A DNA stretch of 64,000 nt from Paraspadella gotoi. Taxonomy: Eukaryota; Animalia; Chaetognatha. Position numbers and translations under genes: made by a program. Positions 25,016 to 37,500 of the stretch are shown here, one piece after another; the stretch's first letter is position 1, and each line of letters begins with the position of its first letter. The notes under the pieces are model-generated. The model saw only the letters and a program-made list of their open reading frames with translations, ran no database searches and was not told where the DNA came from. Location of the stretch: assembly GCA_051294375.1 (NCBI GenBank), contig CM119265.1, positions 27,224,517-27,288,516 on the forward strand, written 5' to 3'.

Positions 25016-27020
25016 ATGCTCCTCCGCGTTTCCCTGCTCTTACTCCTTTGGACCGTCTTCCTGGACGCGGCACCAGTCACAGCGCCTCTCTTAGCCCGGG
25101 ACGGCGCCGCGGCGCCGGATGACGAGTCGATCCTCTCGTTAAACTTGGTCGAAGCTGAGGCGGCGGTGGTTCGATTCTTCAAGAACGACCTCTCAATGTC
25201 GATCGCCAGAAAGAAGCACCATTTCCGGACCCTCTTCACTTGTGACCTCTGCAAGACGGCCACGTATTTCATCGAGCGCGTCTTCCGATGGACGAAGAGC
25301 AAACGGACCCTCATCAGTCGGACCATCTCTTTCTGCAAATTCTTTCGCTTTGAGGAGGACGACGTCTGTGAATCCATAATCCCTCTCTACGCGGACATGG
25401 TGATCGACGTGGCGCGGAACACCTCGCTCACCGGCGACCAGATCTGCGGCATCATATTCGGCAGTCAATGCGCCGGATCGATCGGCGTCCAGTGGCGAGT
25501 GAAAATCCCCTCCAGCCCGCCCAAGCCGCCGGTGCGACCGCTGCGTCCGCCGCCAAAAGGCTCACCAACCAAGCGGATCCTCCACTTGACCGACACCCAC
25601 ATCGACTTCCAGTACGCGCCCGGAACCAACGCCGACTGCCCGCGCCCTCTCTGCTGTCGCAAAGAGGCCGGAGTAAGCGAAGACGCCGACGACTCCGCCG
25701 CTGGATACTGGGGATCGAACCTCAAATGCGACACGCCGCCCTGGACCTTCGTGGATCTCCTCAAGAGGCTCAAGGAGCAGGAGAAGCAAGAGGGAAAGTT
25801 CGACCTCATCTACTGGACGGGCGACGTCCCCGCCCACAACATCTGGAACCAAAGGCAGCCGGATCAACTCACCGTCATCCAACGAGTCGCCGATTTGATC
25901 GACGCCGCCTTCCCGGACACGCCCATCTTTCCGTCGCTTGGCAACCACGAGGCGTCGCCGGCCAACTCCTTCCCTCCGCGCGACTTCGACGGGAACCACT
26001 CCATGTCGTGGCTCTACGACCGACTGGAGAGAAACTGGATTCGCCGGCTGCCCAAGGGATTTTCTCCCGACACGATCAAACGCGGCGCCTTCTACTCTGT
26101 GCTGGTGGAACCCGGCTTTAGGATCATCTCCCTCAACTCCAACTATTGCAACAACCTCAACTTTTGGCTGCTGCTCAACACCACGGATCCGCTTGGCCAG
26201 TTGGGTTGGCTCGTCGACGAGCTGCTCCGGGCCGAAGCGGCCGGCGAGAAGGTCCACATCCTGGGCCACATTCCGCCGGGGCTTCCAGATTGTCTCAAGT
26301 CGTGGTCCTTTAATTTTTACAGCATCGTCAACCGGTTCGAGTCCACCATCGCCGGTCAATTCTACGGACACACCCACTTTGACGAGATGGAGATCTTTTA
26401 CGACGAAGCTACGCTCAAGGTTACCTAATGCTTTGGACATTGATTTAATAATGATTGGATAAATATAATTATTCAATTCAAATTTTTAAAATTATTCAAA
26501 TTTTACTCCAAAGCGTCCCGTCAACGTCGCCTACGTAGCGCCTTCCGTCACCACCTACGTCTACTTGAACCCCGCCTATCGCGTCTATACCGTGGACGGG
26601 TCCCGTCAAAACTCGACGCGTTACGTGACCGAGTCGGAGACGTACATCCTCAACGTTACTCGCGCCAACCTGGAGAATCGTACGACCTGGGAGCGGGAGT
26701 ACGCAGCGACTGAGGCGTACAATCTGACGACGCTCTTCCCCGCGGATTGGAACGGCCTCGCCCACCGCATGGTCGAGGATCGTCCGCTCTTCGACAAATA
26801 CATCCAGCATTTCTACAACTCGTACGAGAATCACGAGACGGACAGCGACGCCGACATTCTTTGTCGGCTCGTGACGGGAAGGTCGGACGATCCCGATCTT
26901 TGTAAGGAGATCGTCAAGGATTTCAAGGCTGCAGAGAAGAGGAGGAAGAGAGAACGCCACGCCCCTTCCGGTTCGGATGACGACCAATTCGTCTTCAAGA
27001 AAGTTCCCAGCCTTTGCTGA
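25016..27020 (+). CDS. SMPD1: Acid sphingomyelinase (saposin-B plus metallophosphoesterase)
   Basis: Signal peptide; saposin Cys pattern; Pro-rich linker; DTHID, WTGDVPAH, LGNHE, GHIPPG, YGHTH; intron 26420-26513; PSVTTY..LNPAYRVY. Confidence 0.96.
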
Positions 27021-27313
27021 TGGTTTTAACCTCAATTGCTGTCTATTATTCACGGTGAAAGTAGTTTTATTTCTATTATTATTTATTCGTCGTAATTTCT
27101 CTTTACTTGTTCGAACCGTTTTACCAATGTTTTTATTATTTAAAGTTTTTATAATTCAAAGTATTTCTTTTTGCCTTGGTTTTTAAATAGCTGTCACTCG
27201 CACTTTTGCGACCTAACCTTCTTATTTTTCATTTGCAGGTCTTTTTAAATACGGAGAGATTGAGGCTTCCTTTACCTACTCAAAAACTTTTACGTAAATA
27301 TAAAAAATAAAAA

Positions 27314-29570
27314 ATGACGTCCGGGACTTTGTATTGTTATCCCGATGATTTTAAAGCCTTTAAAGGACTCATCGCGGCCGAGTATAGCGGGGTCAAAGTC
27401 AAGGTTAATTTTCCTACTTTTAACTATATTTAATTAATGTTTTGCAATTAATATTTCGTTTCGTCGATCAAGGTGCTATCATCTCCTCCCGATTTCGTCC
27501 CCGGGGAAACTAATTCTTCCCCGGAATTTCTCGCCAAGTTTCCTCTCGGGAAAGTCCCCGCCTTCGAGTCCGTTGACGGGAAATGCTTCGCCGACGGCAA
27601 CGCCATCGCGGTTTTTCTCGCCGGCGAGCAGTTGAGGTACAATGTAATATGAGTTAACAATTATTATAGTATATTTGTACGTTATTCTTTCTTCGTCTTC
27701 TTTATCGTCGCCTTTGCTGTCATTAAAGATTTTATTTTTCGTGAAAATTAGTCGATGTTTTTTCGAACGAATACACATACGTATGGATTCAGTGAAAAAT
27801 GTTCGCATTTATTTCTCTTAGCCATTTGTGTTAATTGGAATCAAGTTCGTTTCTTTCTGATATTTCAGATTTATTATATTTGACTCAGGGGTAAAACGCT
27901 TGATCATAAAACGGAAATTCAACAATGGATCTCGTTCGCTGACAACGAGATCTTACCCTCGGCTTGCACATGGGTTTTCCCTTACCTCGGACTCATGCCC
28001 TTCAACAAGCAAACCAACGAGCGGGCTAAGACGGATCTCAGGTCCTTTCATTGTTTTATCGTAATGATAAATATTTGTTAAATATGACGATTTTTTTGTC
28101 GAATTGTCAGACGGGTTCTTCAAGTTCTCAACGATCACCTCAATCGAAACACTTTCCTCGTGGGCGAAAGAATTTCCCTCGCCGATATTTGCTGTTGCTG
28201 CAATTTGATCCTCGCCTTCAAACACGTCCTCGATCCCGGTAAACTTGATGATTATTTTAGTAGTAATAATAGTAATTTATTTGTGACAATGAGATGTATA
28301 TAAAACCCCGCCCCTCTTCCAGAGTATCGCGTCGGTTTGAACAACTTGACGCGATGGTTCGTGACGATCGTGAATCAAGCGGAAGTGAAGCGCGTCGTCG
28401 GCGAAGTCGTCCTCTGCAGCAAACCCGCCTCCTTCGACGCCAAAGCCGTCTCCGAGTTCGCCGCCGCCGCTGGACGAGGCGAGGGTCGTCAAAGGTCCGC
28501 CTCGGGACGGAAGAGCGAATCCAAATCTGCCGAGGTGCTTGACCGATTGAGTTTAAACCAAAGTTAAACAAAGTTTAATGAAACTTTTATATCCGAAATC
28601 CTTTTAATCTATATGGCAAAAATTTTAGGAATAAGTTTTGTAATTCTCTTTGTGCCAGCAGATCGTTTACCGGTACGACGAAAGCACGAAGGAACGAACC
28701 TTCATCATGGTCAAACCCGATGGCGTTCAGCGCGGATTGGTCGGCGAAATTATAAAGGTAGTTAAGCCGAAGTGAGTGGGTTATGAGTGTTAAAGTAGTT
28801 GCCTTTATTTCTTCGACGACCCACTCCAGAGGTTCGAACGTCGAGGGGGACTCAAGCTCGTCGCTCTCAAGTTTGTCGTCGCGTCGTTGGAACTGCTGCA
28901 GCAGCACTACGCGGATCTCGCCGCCAAACCCTTCTTCAAGGGGATGGTCGCCTACATGGCTTCCGGCCCCGTTGTTCCCATGGTTTGGGAAGGATTAAAC
29001 GCCGCCAAAATTGGAAGGATGTTGCTGGGTGAGTCGTGCGCCTGTTCTGAAAAGTGTCTCTTCCAGATGGCTTTATACGTTTTGTTTTCTTAATATTTAT
29101 TTCATTTTAGGCGAGACTGATCCTCAGAAGTCGTTACCCGGAACGATTAGGGGTGACTTTTGCTTGGACATTGGGCGAAATCTCCTTCATGGTTCGGATT
29201 CCGTCGATTCGGCTGCAAAAGTTAGTTATATAAGTTATATTATAACGATTGAGGGATATGTAAAAATACATATTACTATAAATTGGTATTTTCTTTTAGG
29301 AAATTAAATTATGGTTTGGCAACGACCTTTCCGACTGGGCGCCGGCATCGCAGTTTCACGTTTACGAACCGAAGATGATCGAGGTGATATTTGTAAATAT
29401 TCTGCGGGACTTATTTAATTACATGTATAAAATATGTATAAAACATCAATGTACAGGAAAGCAAGAAAGGAAACAGCGAGAAGAAAAAGCCAAGCGGAGA
29501 AACGAAGAAGAAAGAAAAGAAAATGACGAAAGAGGAATTGATTGCGGAGGCGATGGAGGAGTACTCTTAA
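27314..29570 (+). CDS. Putative fusion: eEF1B-gamma-type GST-N/GST-C domains, nucleoside diphosphate kinase (NME1/2-like), Lys-rich tail
   Basis: Ten phase-compatible GT-AG exons: 27314-27403, 27473-27636, 27889-28041, 28111-28238, 28323-28534, 28659-28757, 28830-29028, 29111-29220, 29300-29383, 29457-29570. GST part: [71 protein letters not shown] part: [43 protein letters not shown]. Confidence 0.8.
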
Positions 29571-29852
29571 CCGTCCAATTAGATCCGGGGATCCTTCTCA
29601 TCGATCAATTAGATCCGGACATCTCACCCTCGAATCTCTCAAAAACTTGTTTAAAGTAAAGGAAGTCTCATTCTCTCATTGAAAAACGAAAAGACGCTAA
29701 CGTTTACACTTTTGTTTTGTCAAGCCGTTCGTAGTATTTGGCTTTTTTTTTTTTGCGATTTACTTAAAAATTAAATTTTAAATATTTTTTAAGTGAGGTT
29801 TTTTATCGTTTACTCACCAACCAGAAAAAGTTAGACGTAATCACATTGAACA

Positions 29853-31449
29853 ATGATTCGATCCTTCGCCTCCGTTCGCTCGACGTTGATGCGTCGCAGC
29901 GCCACCCGCGCTCTTTCTCTTCTCGGAACGAATCAAACTCCTCATCTTCGCGCCACCTGGCGTCCCTCTTACCACCGTTCTGCCCCCATGTCCACCGCCC
30001 CCGCCGCTCGCGCCACCTCGAACGATTCGCCCCCGACGTCGACCGAATTAAAGCCCGGCCAAACCCTTCACGGTTTCACCGTCAACCGGGTCGAGCCCGT
30101 TCCGGAAATGGGCGTTGTCGCGACGCTCCTGCGTCACGACGTCACCGGCGCTCAGCTCTTGCACCTGGCGCGCGACGACCCCGACAACACCTTCGCCGTG
30201 GCCTTTCGCACGACGCCGATGGACTCGACGGGTGTGCCGCACATTCTGGAGCACACCGTCCTCTGCGGGTCGACCAAGTATCCCGTCAGGGATCCCTTCT
30301 TCAAGATGCTCAATCGGTCCATGGCCACCTTCATGAACGCCATGACCGCATCGGATTGGACCATGTATCCCTTCTCTACGCAAAATTCGAAAGACTTTGA
30401 CAATCTCCTCGACGTCTACTTGGACGCCGCCTTCTTTCCCAACCTTCGGCGTCGAGATTTTGAACAAGAGGGATGGCGATTGGAGCACGAGAAGGTGGGG
30501 GTGTGGCAATGAAGGCGTATTTGGAGAATTAAGATTAAGAATTACTTAATTACTTAAGATTACTTAAGATTAAGAATGCGGTGAAATGTTAAGGCTTGGA
30601 AAGGCTTGATCAAATGTCTTGTTTGAACATGGATGAAAGAATGATTCTGACTTAAGCTTTATTCACCTTCCGATGTTTGTATAAAATATTCATTTAACAA
30701 TCAATCCATTTATCCGTCCTATTAGATTCCGTCCATTGCTCATATCATTGTAATCCAATTACATCACTTTTATCCCCATCCAATCTATCCATATATCCAT
30801 CCATCCATCCATCTTTAATCCCCCTTCAGCTCGACGACCCCACATCCCCCATCATCATCAAAGGCGTCGTCTTCAACGAGATGAAGGGCGTCTTCTCCGA
30901 CTCCTCGAGCCTCTTCAACGAAGCCACACAGAACCGCCTCCTCCCCTCCCACACCTACGGCGTCTGCAGCGGCGGAGACCCGCTCGACATCCCTGCCCTT
31001 GACTGGGAGGGACTCAAGGCCTTTCACTCTTCCCACTACCATCCTTCCAACGCCCTCTTCGTCACCTACGGCGACCAACCGCTCGAGGGTCACCTGAAGA
31101 AGATTTCCCGCGCCGTTATGAGCAAATTCACATCGGCCGTTCATCCGGGGACGGAGGTGCCGTCGGAGCCGCGATGGACGCAGCCGCGGACGGCGTCCAT
31201 CGCCTGCGCGCCGGATCCCATGGCCGCGGTGCCGGGCAAGGAGACGGTCGTCTCTAAGTCTTATTTGGTCTCGTCGGTGCTGGACGACTTCGACGTCTTC
31301 TGCGCGGCGCTGGTTTGCAAGTTGCTCGTCGAATCGGAGACCTCGCCGTTTTATCGCGCGCTGCTCGAGTCCGGGCTGGGATCGGATTATAGTCCCAACA
31401 CGGGATTCGATACTTATACCAAAGACACTTCATTTTCTGTTGGTCTGCA

Positions 31450-31515
<66 letters not shown>

Positions 31516-33966
31516 CTAGGGATCGTGCGGTCAACTTTGCTTTTTCCCGAATCGGTTTTTTATTTCATTAAACTAATTATTGTTTATTTGCCAATGTTGT
31601 AATCATTACGATATTACATCTAATTAAAATCATCTCCTTTCTTCCTATCATCAATCCCCTCTCCCCACTGCCACCCCCTCTCATTCCCCCCCCCCCAAAA
31701 AAAAACATAGGGCGTGGCGGAATCGGACGCAGACAAAGTTGTCTCCCTCATCGACTCCACTTGGGACAAAGTCGTGTCCGAGGGATTCGAGGACAAAGAC
31801 GTCGACGCCGTCCTTCATCAAATCGAACTCAAACTGAAACATCAGACGACCAACTTCGGTCTCCGCCTCATCTACGCCCTCATTCCCTCGTGGAATCATG
31901 GCGGTGATCCCGTCGCCGCTTTGAAGGTCGACGAGAAGGTCGAGCGATTCAGGAAGTTACGCCGGGAGAATCCCAAGTTTCTCCAAGACTTTGTCCGGAC
32001 TCGTTTCAAGGAAAACCCTCACTGCTTGACGCTGACGATGAAGCCTTCGCCGAGCTACACCGACGAGCTCGCCGCCAAAGAAGCGGGACTCTTGAAGACC
32101 AAATTAGTGGACGTCGACGACAACGCGGCGCAGCGAATCCTGCAGAGCGGCCGCGAATTGGCGGCAGAGCAGAGCGCCGAGGAAGATTTGTCGTCTTTAC
32201 CCTCGTTGACGTTGAAGGATGTGGACCGCGACATTGAACGCGACGCCATCGACGCGCGGAAACTCGCTCAACTTCCCACATCACCACCGCTGCGTCTCGT
32301 GCCGCAGCCGACCAACGGAGTCACTTACCTTCGTCTCCTCTTTTCCCTCCGGGACTTACCACCTCATCTTCGACGTCTAGCGCCGACTTTCGCCAACGTC
32401 CTGACCCAAATGGGCGCCGGATCGATGGATTACTTGACTTTGAGCCGAGAGATCGATCTCTGCAGCGGCGGATTCCACGCGGCTCCGCTGATTAACGCTG
32501 GATTCGAGGATCTCGGCGTCTGCGAGGAAGCGCTGCTGTTGTCGTCGCACGCGCTCGACCGTAACTTCGAACGGACTCTCGAATTGTGGGCAGAGATCCT
32601 GACGTCGCCGCGGTGGACGGACGCCGAGAGGTTGGCTACGCTGGTCAAGATGGCCGCCAGCGAGGCGGCTTCTTCCGTTCTTTCGTCCGGACACTCGTAC
32701 GCGATGCGTCATTCTTCCTCGACTTTCTCCCCGGCGGCCAACGCCAACGAGGTCTTCAACGGGATATCCCAAGTGGCCACGTTGAAGGAACTCGCCGCGC
32801 GAGTCGAGAAAGAGGGTAAATTTTCGCTCAAATAAAATTTAAATTATTTTACCAAAATATGTCATTGATAATGTTCAACTATTGCCTTTTTGTTTTCTCA
32901 TCAGGAGCCGAATTCCTCTTGGCCGATCTTCGCGCCATCTCGGATCTCGTCCTTCGGAACAACAACGTCCTCCGCGTCGCCATCAATAGCTCGCCCGACA
33001 ACGCGTCGTCCGCAGCCGACGCCGTGGAAAGCTTCGTCGGCGACGGAATCTCTCGCGCGACTTCGGAGGCGCCGGCGAAGGAGAAGGCGGCGGGCGGAGC
33101 GGAGATGGGGAAGAGCAAGACTCAATTTAAACTCCCTTTTCAGGTATATTTTTTTTATTTATTTTTTAAGTTTTCTCACAAGATTTAAATTGTTTTCGCA
33201 GGGTTTTACCATGTATTTTTGTCACTAATTTTTTAATGTTTTGTGCTGCCATCTATATTTAAAAGTTTCTCATTTTTCCGCTACGCATTTGATTGAAAAT
33301 TTTATTAGTTATTAGTTAGAAAACTACTTGACGTTTATATTTCTTAATAGTATAATCACTTTTCTTCATTTATTTTTTTCGTCCAAATGTTGTTGACTTC
33401 TATCTCACTCTGTTTGCCCACCAACCCACCCACTTTTCTAGGTCAACTTCGTCTCCACTTCCTTCGCCACCGTCCCTTTCTCCCACCCCGACTGCGCCCC
33501 CCTCCGCGTCCTCTCCAAACTCCTCTCTTGGAAATTCCTCCATCGCGAGATCCGCGAGAAAGGCGGCGCCTATGGCGGCGGCGCCAACGCCTCTACCGAC
33601 GGCGCCTTCTCCTTTTATTCCTACCGCGACCCCCGCAGCCTGGAAACGGCGCGCGTCTTCGAGGAGGCCGTCGAGTGGATCGTCGGCGGCGCCTCCACGG
33701 CCGCCGATCTCGACGAGGCCAAGATGTCTCTCTTCCAGCAACTCGACAAACCCGTGGCGCCCGGAAGCCGCGGGTCGCAGTTCACCGTCTCTGGTTTGAC
33801 GGACGAGTTGAGGCAGGAGCATCGGGACCGGATCTTCGGGGCCGCGAAGGAGGATGTGGTGAGGGTGGCGGCGGAGTATTTGAAGGCGGAACGAGGGAGG
33901 ACGACCTTGTTGGGGCCGGAGAATGAAAAGGTGGACGAGACGTGGACGAAGGTGGATTTTAAGTGA
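29853..33966 (+). CDS. PITRM1: Mitochondrial presequence protease (pitrilysin M16C)
   Basis: Transit peptide; [17 protein letters not shown] (HxxEH); [11 protein letters not shown]; QEGWRLEHE; [10 protein letters not shown]; QPTNGVTY; [15 protein letters not shown]; YSYRDP. Five exons. Confidence 0.97.
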
Positions 33967-34545
33967 AGATGTGAGAGTGAACCCGACAATAATTTGTGAT
34001 AACTGCGGTCTCAGATTTTTCGTGATTCTTAGTTATGATTCGATTGTTGAATTTTGAATAAAAGAAATTTAATTTAGAGATTATTATTTTACTTCATAAA
34101 AGAAAATAAAAAAAATAGCTTGAATTTGTTGCTACGTTGCTATATTCACGGATACAATGTGGGACGATACAATTTGACACGAAACAATTTAAAGGGTTTC
34201 TATTTTTACAAATAAATAGTTACAGAATGCCTGCAAAAACAAATTTTCAAGGAATGAACCAAACTTTTGAGCTATTAAATAATCTGTAAAAAAAAAAAAA
34301 AATCTCCAACTATGAAAGCTTTCCTTGAAACCAACTGATGTCGTAAGCTTAGAACGAGCAGTTAGTAGATGATTGTTAGATGGACTTTGGAGAGATCAGG
34401 ATTCAGGAGGTACTCTTTATTATTCGTTATCGGATCACGAAGATAATAAATACACACGGAGTCGACAATGTTTACAATAGAGAACAACAACCCACGCCCC
34501 CGCGTTAAAATCGCGCCCATGATATAGAAATAAATTTTGTTTAAA

Positions 34546-37500
34546 TTATTTCCCCGGCGGCTTGATGCTTTTCCATCCAGTGGGACCGTAACCCATGAAG
34601 GCTTTGATGTCACACTTGAACGCGGACGGGAGTTGAGCGGGCAGAGAGGGCGTTTCCTGCGCCACCGGCTCGGGTTCGGGTTCCGGCTCTGGCGCCGGCG
34701 AAGGCTCCTTCTCTACAACGACGGGCTCTTCCGGCGTTGGCTCCGGCTCTGCTTCCGGCTCCTCGGCGGGCTCTTCCGCCTTTTCCGGCTCTTCCTCGGC
34801 CGGCGCCGAGACTGGCTCCTGTTCTGGCTCCTGCGAGATCTTCGCCTGCTCCATGATTTTGTTCAAGTCCAAGATTTCTCCCGGCGGAGGAGCGGCCTGC
34901 GTTACTGGCGGGAGTGTGGCCGCCCAATTCTCGTACATGGGGCGGTTCATTTCCTCGACCATTTTGAAGATGGTCGGGGTCGAACGGGGCGTCGGCTGGT
35001 GAGGGAGGGAGAGGGGGAAAGTTTTAAACGTCAATGTTTATCCGGTGGTTGTAAAAAAATGTTAGGGTGTTGCGATTTATCACACCACCTCACCTCCGAC
35101 TTTACTTAATCTTCTCCCCCCCCAAAAAAAATGCATAAAAACCCACTTTTTAAAGCTAAGGGATTGTCCTACCCTTCGAAGCCTGACTCTAATATTGGTC
35201 TCCGAGATGATTGATCACTGATCGATATCAATGATCACTGATCAGCCCGCTCAAATGCGGCCTTTCACATTTCCACGTCCTACCCTCCGTTGCCTTACCA
35301 ATTACCATAACAATTTTAATCCTTACCTTCTTAACATTGGTCTCGTCGATGATCCACCTGTCCGCGCTCGCTTTTCGCTGCTCGAAAATCTCCGCCCCTC
35401 GGTTCTGCTGATTCTTTAGTCCTTGGATGAGCCCGAACGCCTGGTCTGGGGTGATGCCATCGTGGGTGGCGTGGGCTTCGTTGTGGAACTGTTGGAACTC
35501 GTTGGAGGTGTAGATGTTGGAAGTCAGGGATTGTTCTGTGATGAGTTTTGGGGGGAAGGGGATTCCGTGTTATTTAAATGTTATTTTTAAATTATTATCG
35601 TTATAATTATTATTTATAATAATAACAAAACGTAATTAGTTTTATCGCAGAAGTTGTGCCTGTTCGAATAGTTTTGAGGGGAGGCTTGGAGACTTGAAAC
35701 TTATTTTTGTCTTTGATAAGTATTCCTATAACAAAAATATCACAAAAGTTTAATAACTAGGTTTATTTTTATGCGTATTTTTAAGTACAGTATAACTATT
35801 TGAATAATTATACTGTACTTAAAAATACGCATAAAAATACATCTAGTTATTAAACTTTAGTGATATAACTTATTTGTTTCCTTATGAAAGATGTTCTTCA
35901 GAAAAAAATGTGGCAGTCGTTAACAACTATTGCCACAATAACCTCATTAAATTAATACATAATTTCAGCCAATTTTTCGTATGAAGAGGTCAGTAAATGA
36001 CTTTTTTTCGACTCGCCCGTCAAAAATGTTCTGATGGGCGCCTGGGGGAATCCGGGCACGCCCGGACCGGCTACCCCGTTGAGGTAGTCGTCGACGGCGT
36101 TGCGTTGATCGTTGCTTCCCTGACCCTCTTGCGAGAAATCCTCGATCTTGGAGAGTTTCTTTTGGAACATGTCGCGACCGCGGGCGTCTGGGATTTGGGG
36201 TGTTGGGCGAATAGCGGTGACAATTACTGAATTACTTACAATTCCTACAATAGATCTTTCTATTTAACATCTATTACCTTCGGCTTCGAAGTTGGTAGTT
36301 TTCACCTCTATAATTATGTGTAAATCCTTTCTTTTTTTGTTGTATTTGTAGATTAAAAGGAATAGTTTCAATATCTATGATGAAGGCTCGAATTTGAGCC
36401 GAAACATGTTCGTCTATCATTAAATAAATTGTTGTTGCAATGATAATCATACTATTCCTTTAACCTCTATATTCTATTATATAATAATAATATAATAGTC
36501 TATAATTATATTTCAACAAACTTGTGCTAACATTTACCACAGTGGCATTAGACTTACCCCGGTTCTCGTCGGAAAAGAGACTGGCGGAAATGAGTTTGCA
36601 CAGTTGCTTTTGCTCGTCGATCGTCGGGTAGACATTGCCAGACGTTTGGTAAAATGACGAGTCGCTGTGGAGGGAGATATTTATTAAAAAATCTTGCTAC
36701 TATTTGTATATTTATTTTTTAATTTTAAATGACAAAACCTGTATCGCTTCAAGTTGAGCTTTTTGGGTTGAATCAATTGGGATTCACAATCAGGCGGAGG
36801 TCGGAGGAGCTTTTCAAGGCCTCTTTGTGCCAAAGGATGTGGTGGACCTAAAACGGACGTAATATTTAAAGAAACAACCCTTTAAGCTATATAATTTACA
36901 ATACAATATTCGGTAAAATATTTATTTTTAAAATAAAAATTAAAAAAAATTATTACCGCATACCTAATTACCCTAACCCTAAACCCTCCTAACCCTAACT
37001 ACCCCTAACCTTAAACCACCCATAAACGACTTTTAACCCATAATCCCCCTCACCCCGGTCGGCGAAATTAAAATTGACCCCAATATTCTATTTCTGTGCA
37101 GTTTTTAAAATTTCCGTTAAAATTATCAATTTGGTCGTGAATTCAATTCCAAGCAATCGATGGTCGTATTTTAACTCAATTTGCATATTGTAATAAATTT
37201 TTATGCAGCGTAGTGAAGTGGAATTTCTTTACTAATAGAGCTATATCTATAATTGCCGCCATAAATAATCCCCAAGCTATTTTGTGTACGTTGAAGTTTT
37301 GGCATAAAAAAACATTTATGAAGAGTTAAGTTACGTGGAGCATGAAATTGTTCTTCGTTCAAGCGCTATCGTCTATGTAGTATTTATTTGATTTTTTTCT
37401 CTACCTAATAAAATCTGTCTAACAACCGCATTAAGATTTTAAAGTGACCTTCGGAAGGTGTGACTAATCCGCACATTTAGCGTGCCAATTAGGGACGGTT

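Noticed and set aside
25562-26476. Long antisense ORFs over SMPD1, GGT and PITRM1
   Set aside because: Shadow ORFs expected from GC-rich codon usage; no recognisable motifs.
27314-28534. Canonical EEF1G or ValRS gene
   Set aside because: Neither the eEF1G C-terminal domain nor a synthetase domain follows before PITRM1.
36960-37050. Interstitial telomere (CCCTAA)
   Set aside because: Only a few degenerate units inside an intron; more likely part of a dispersed repeat.
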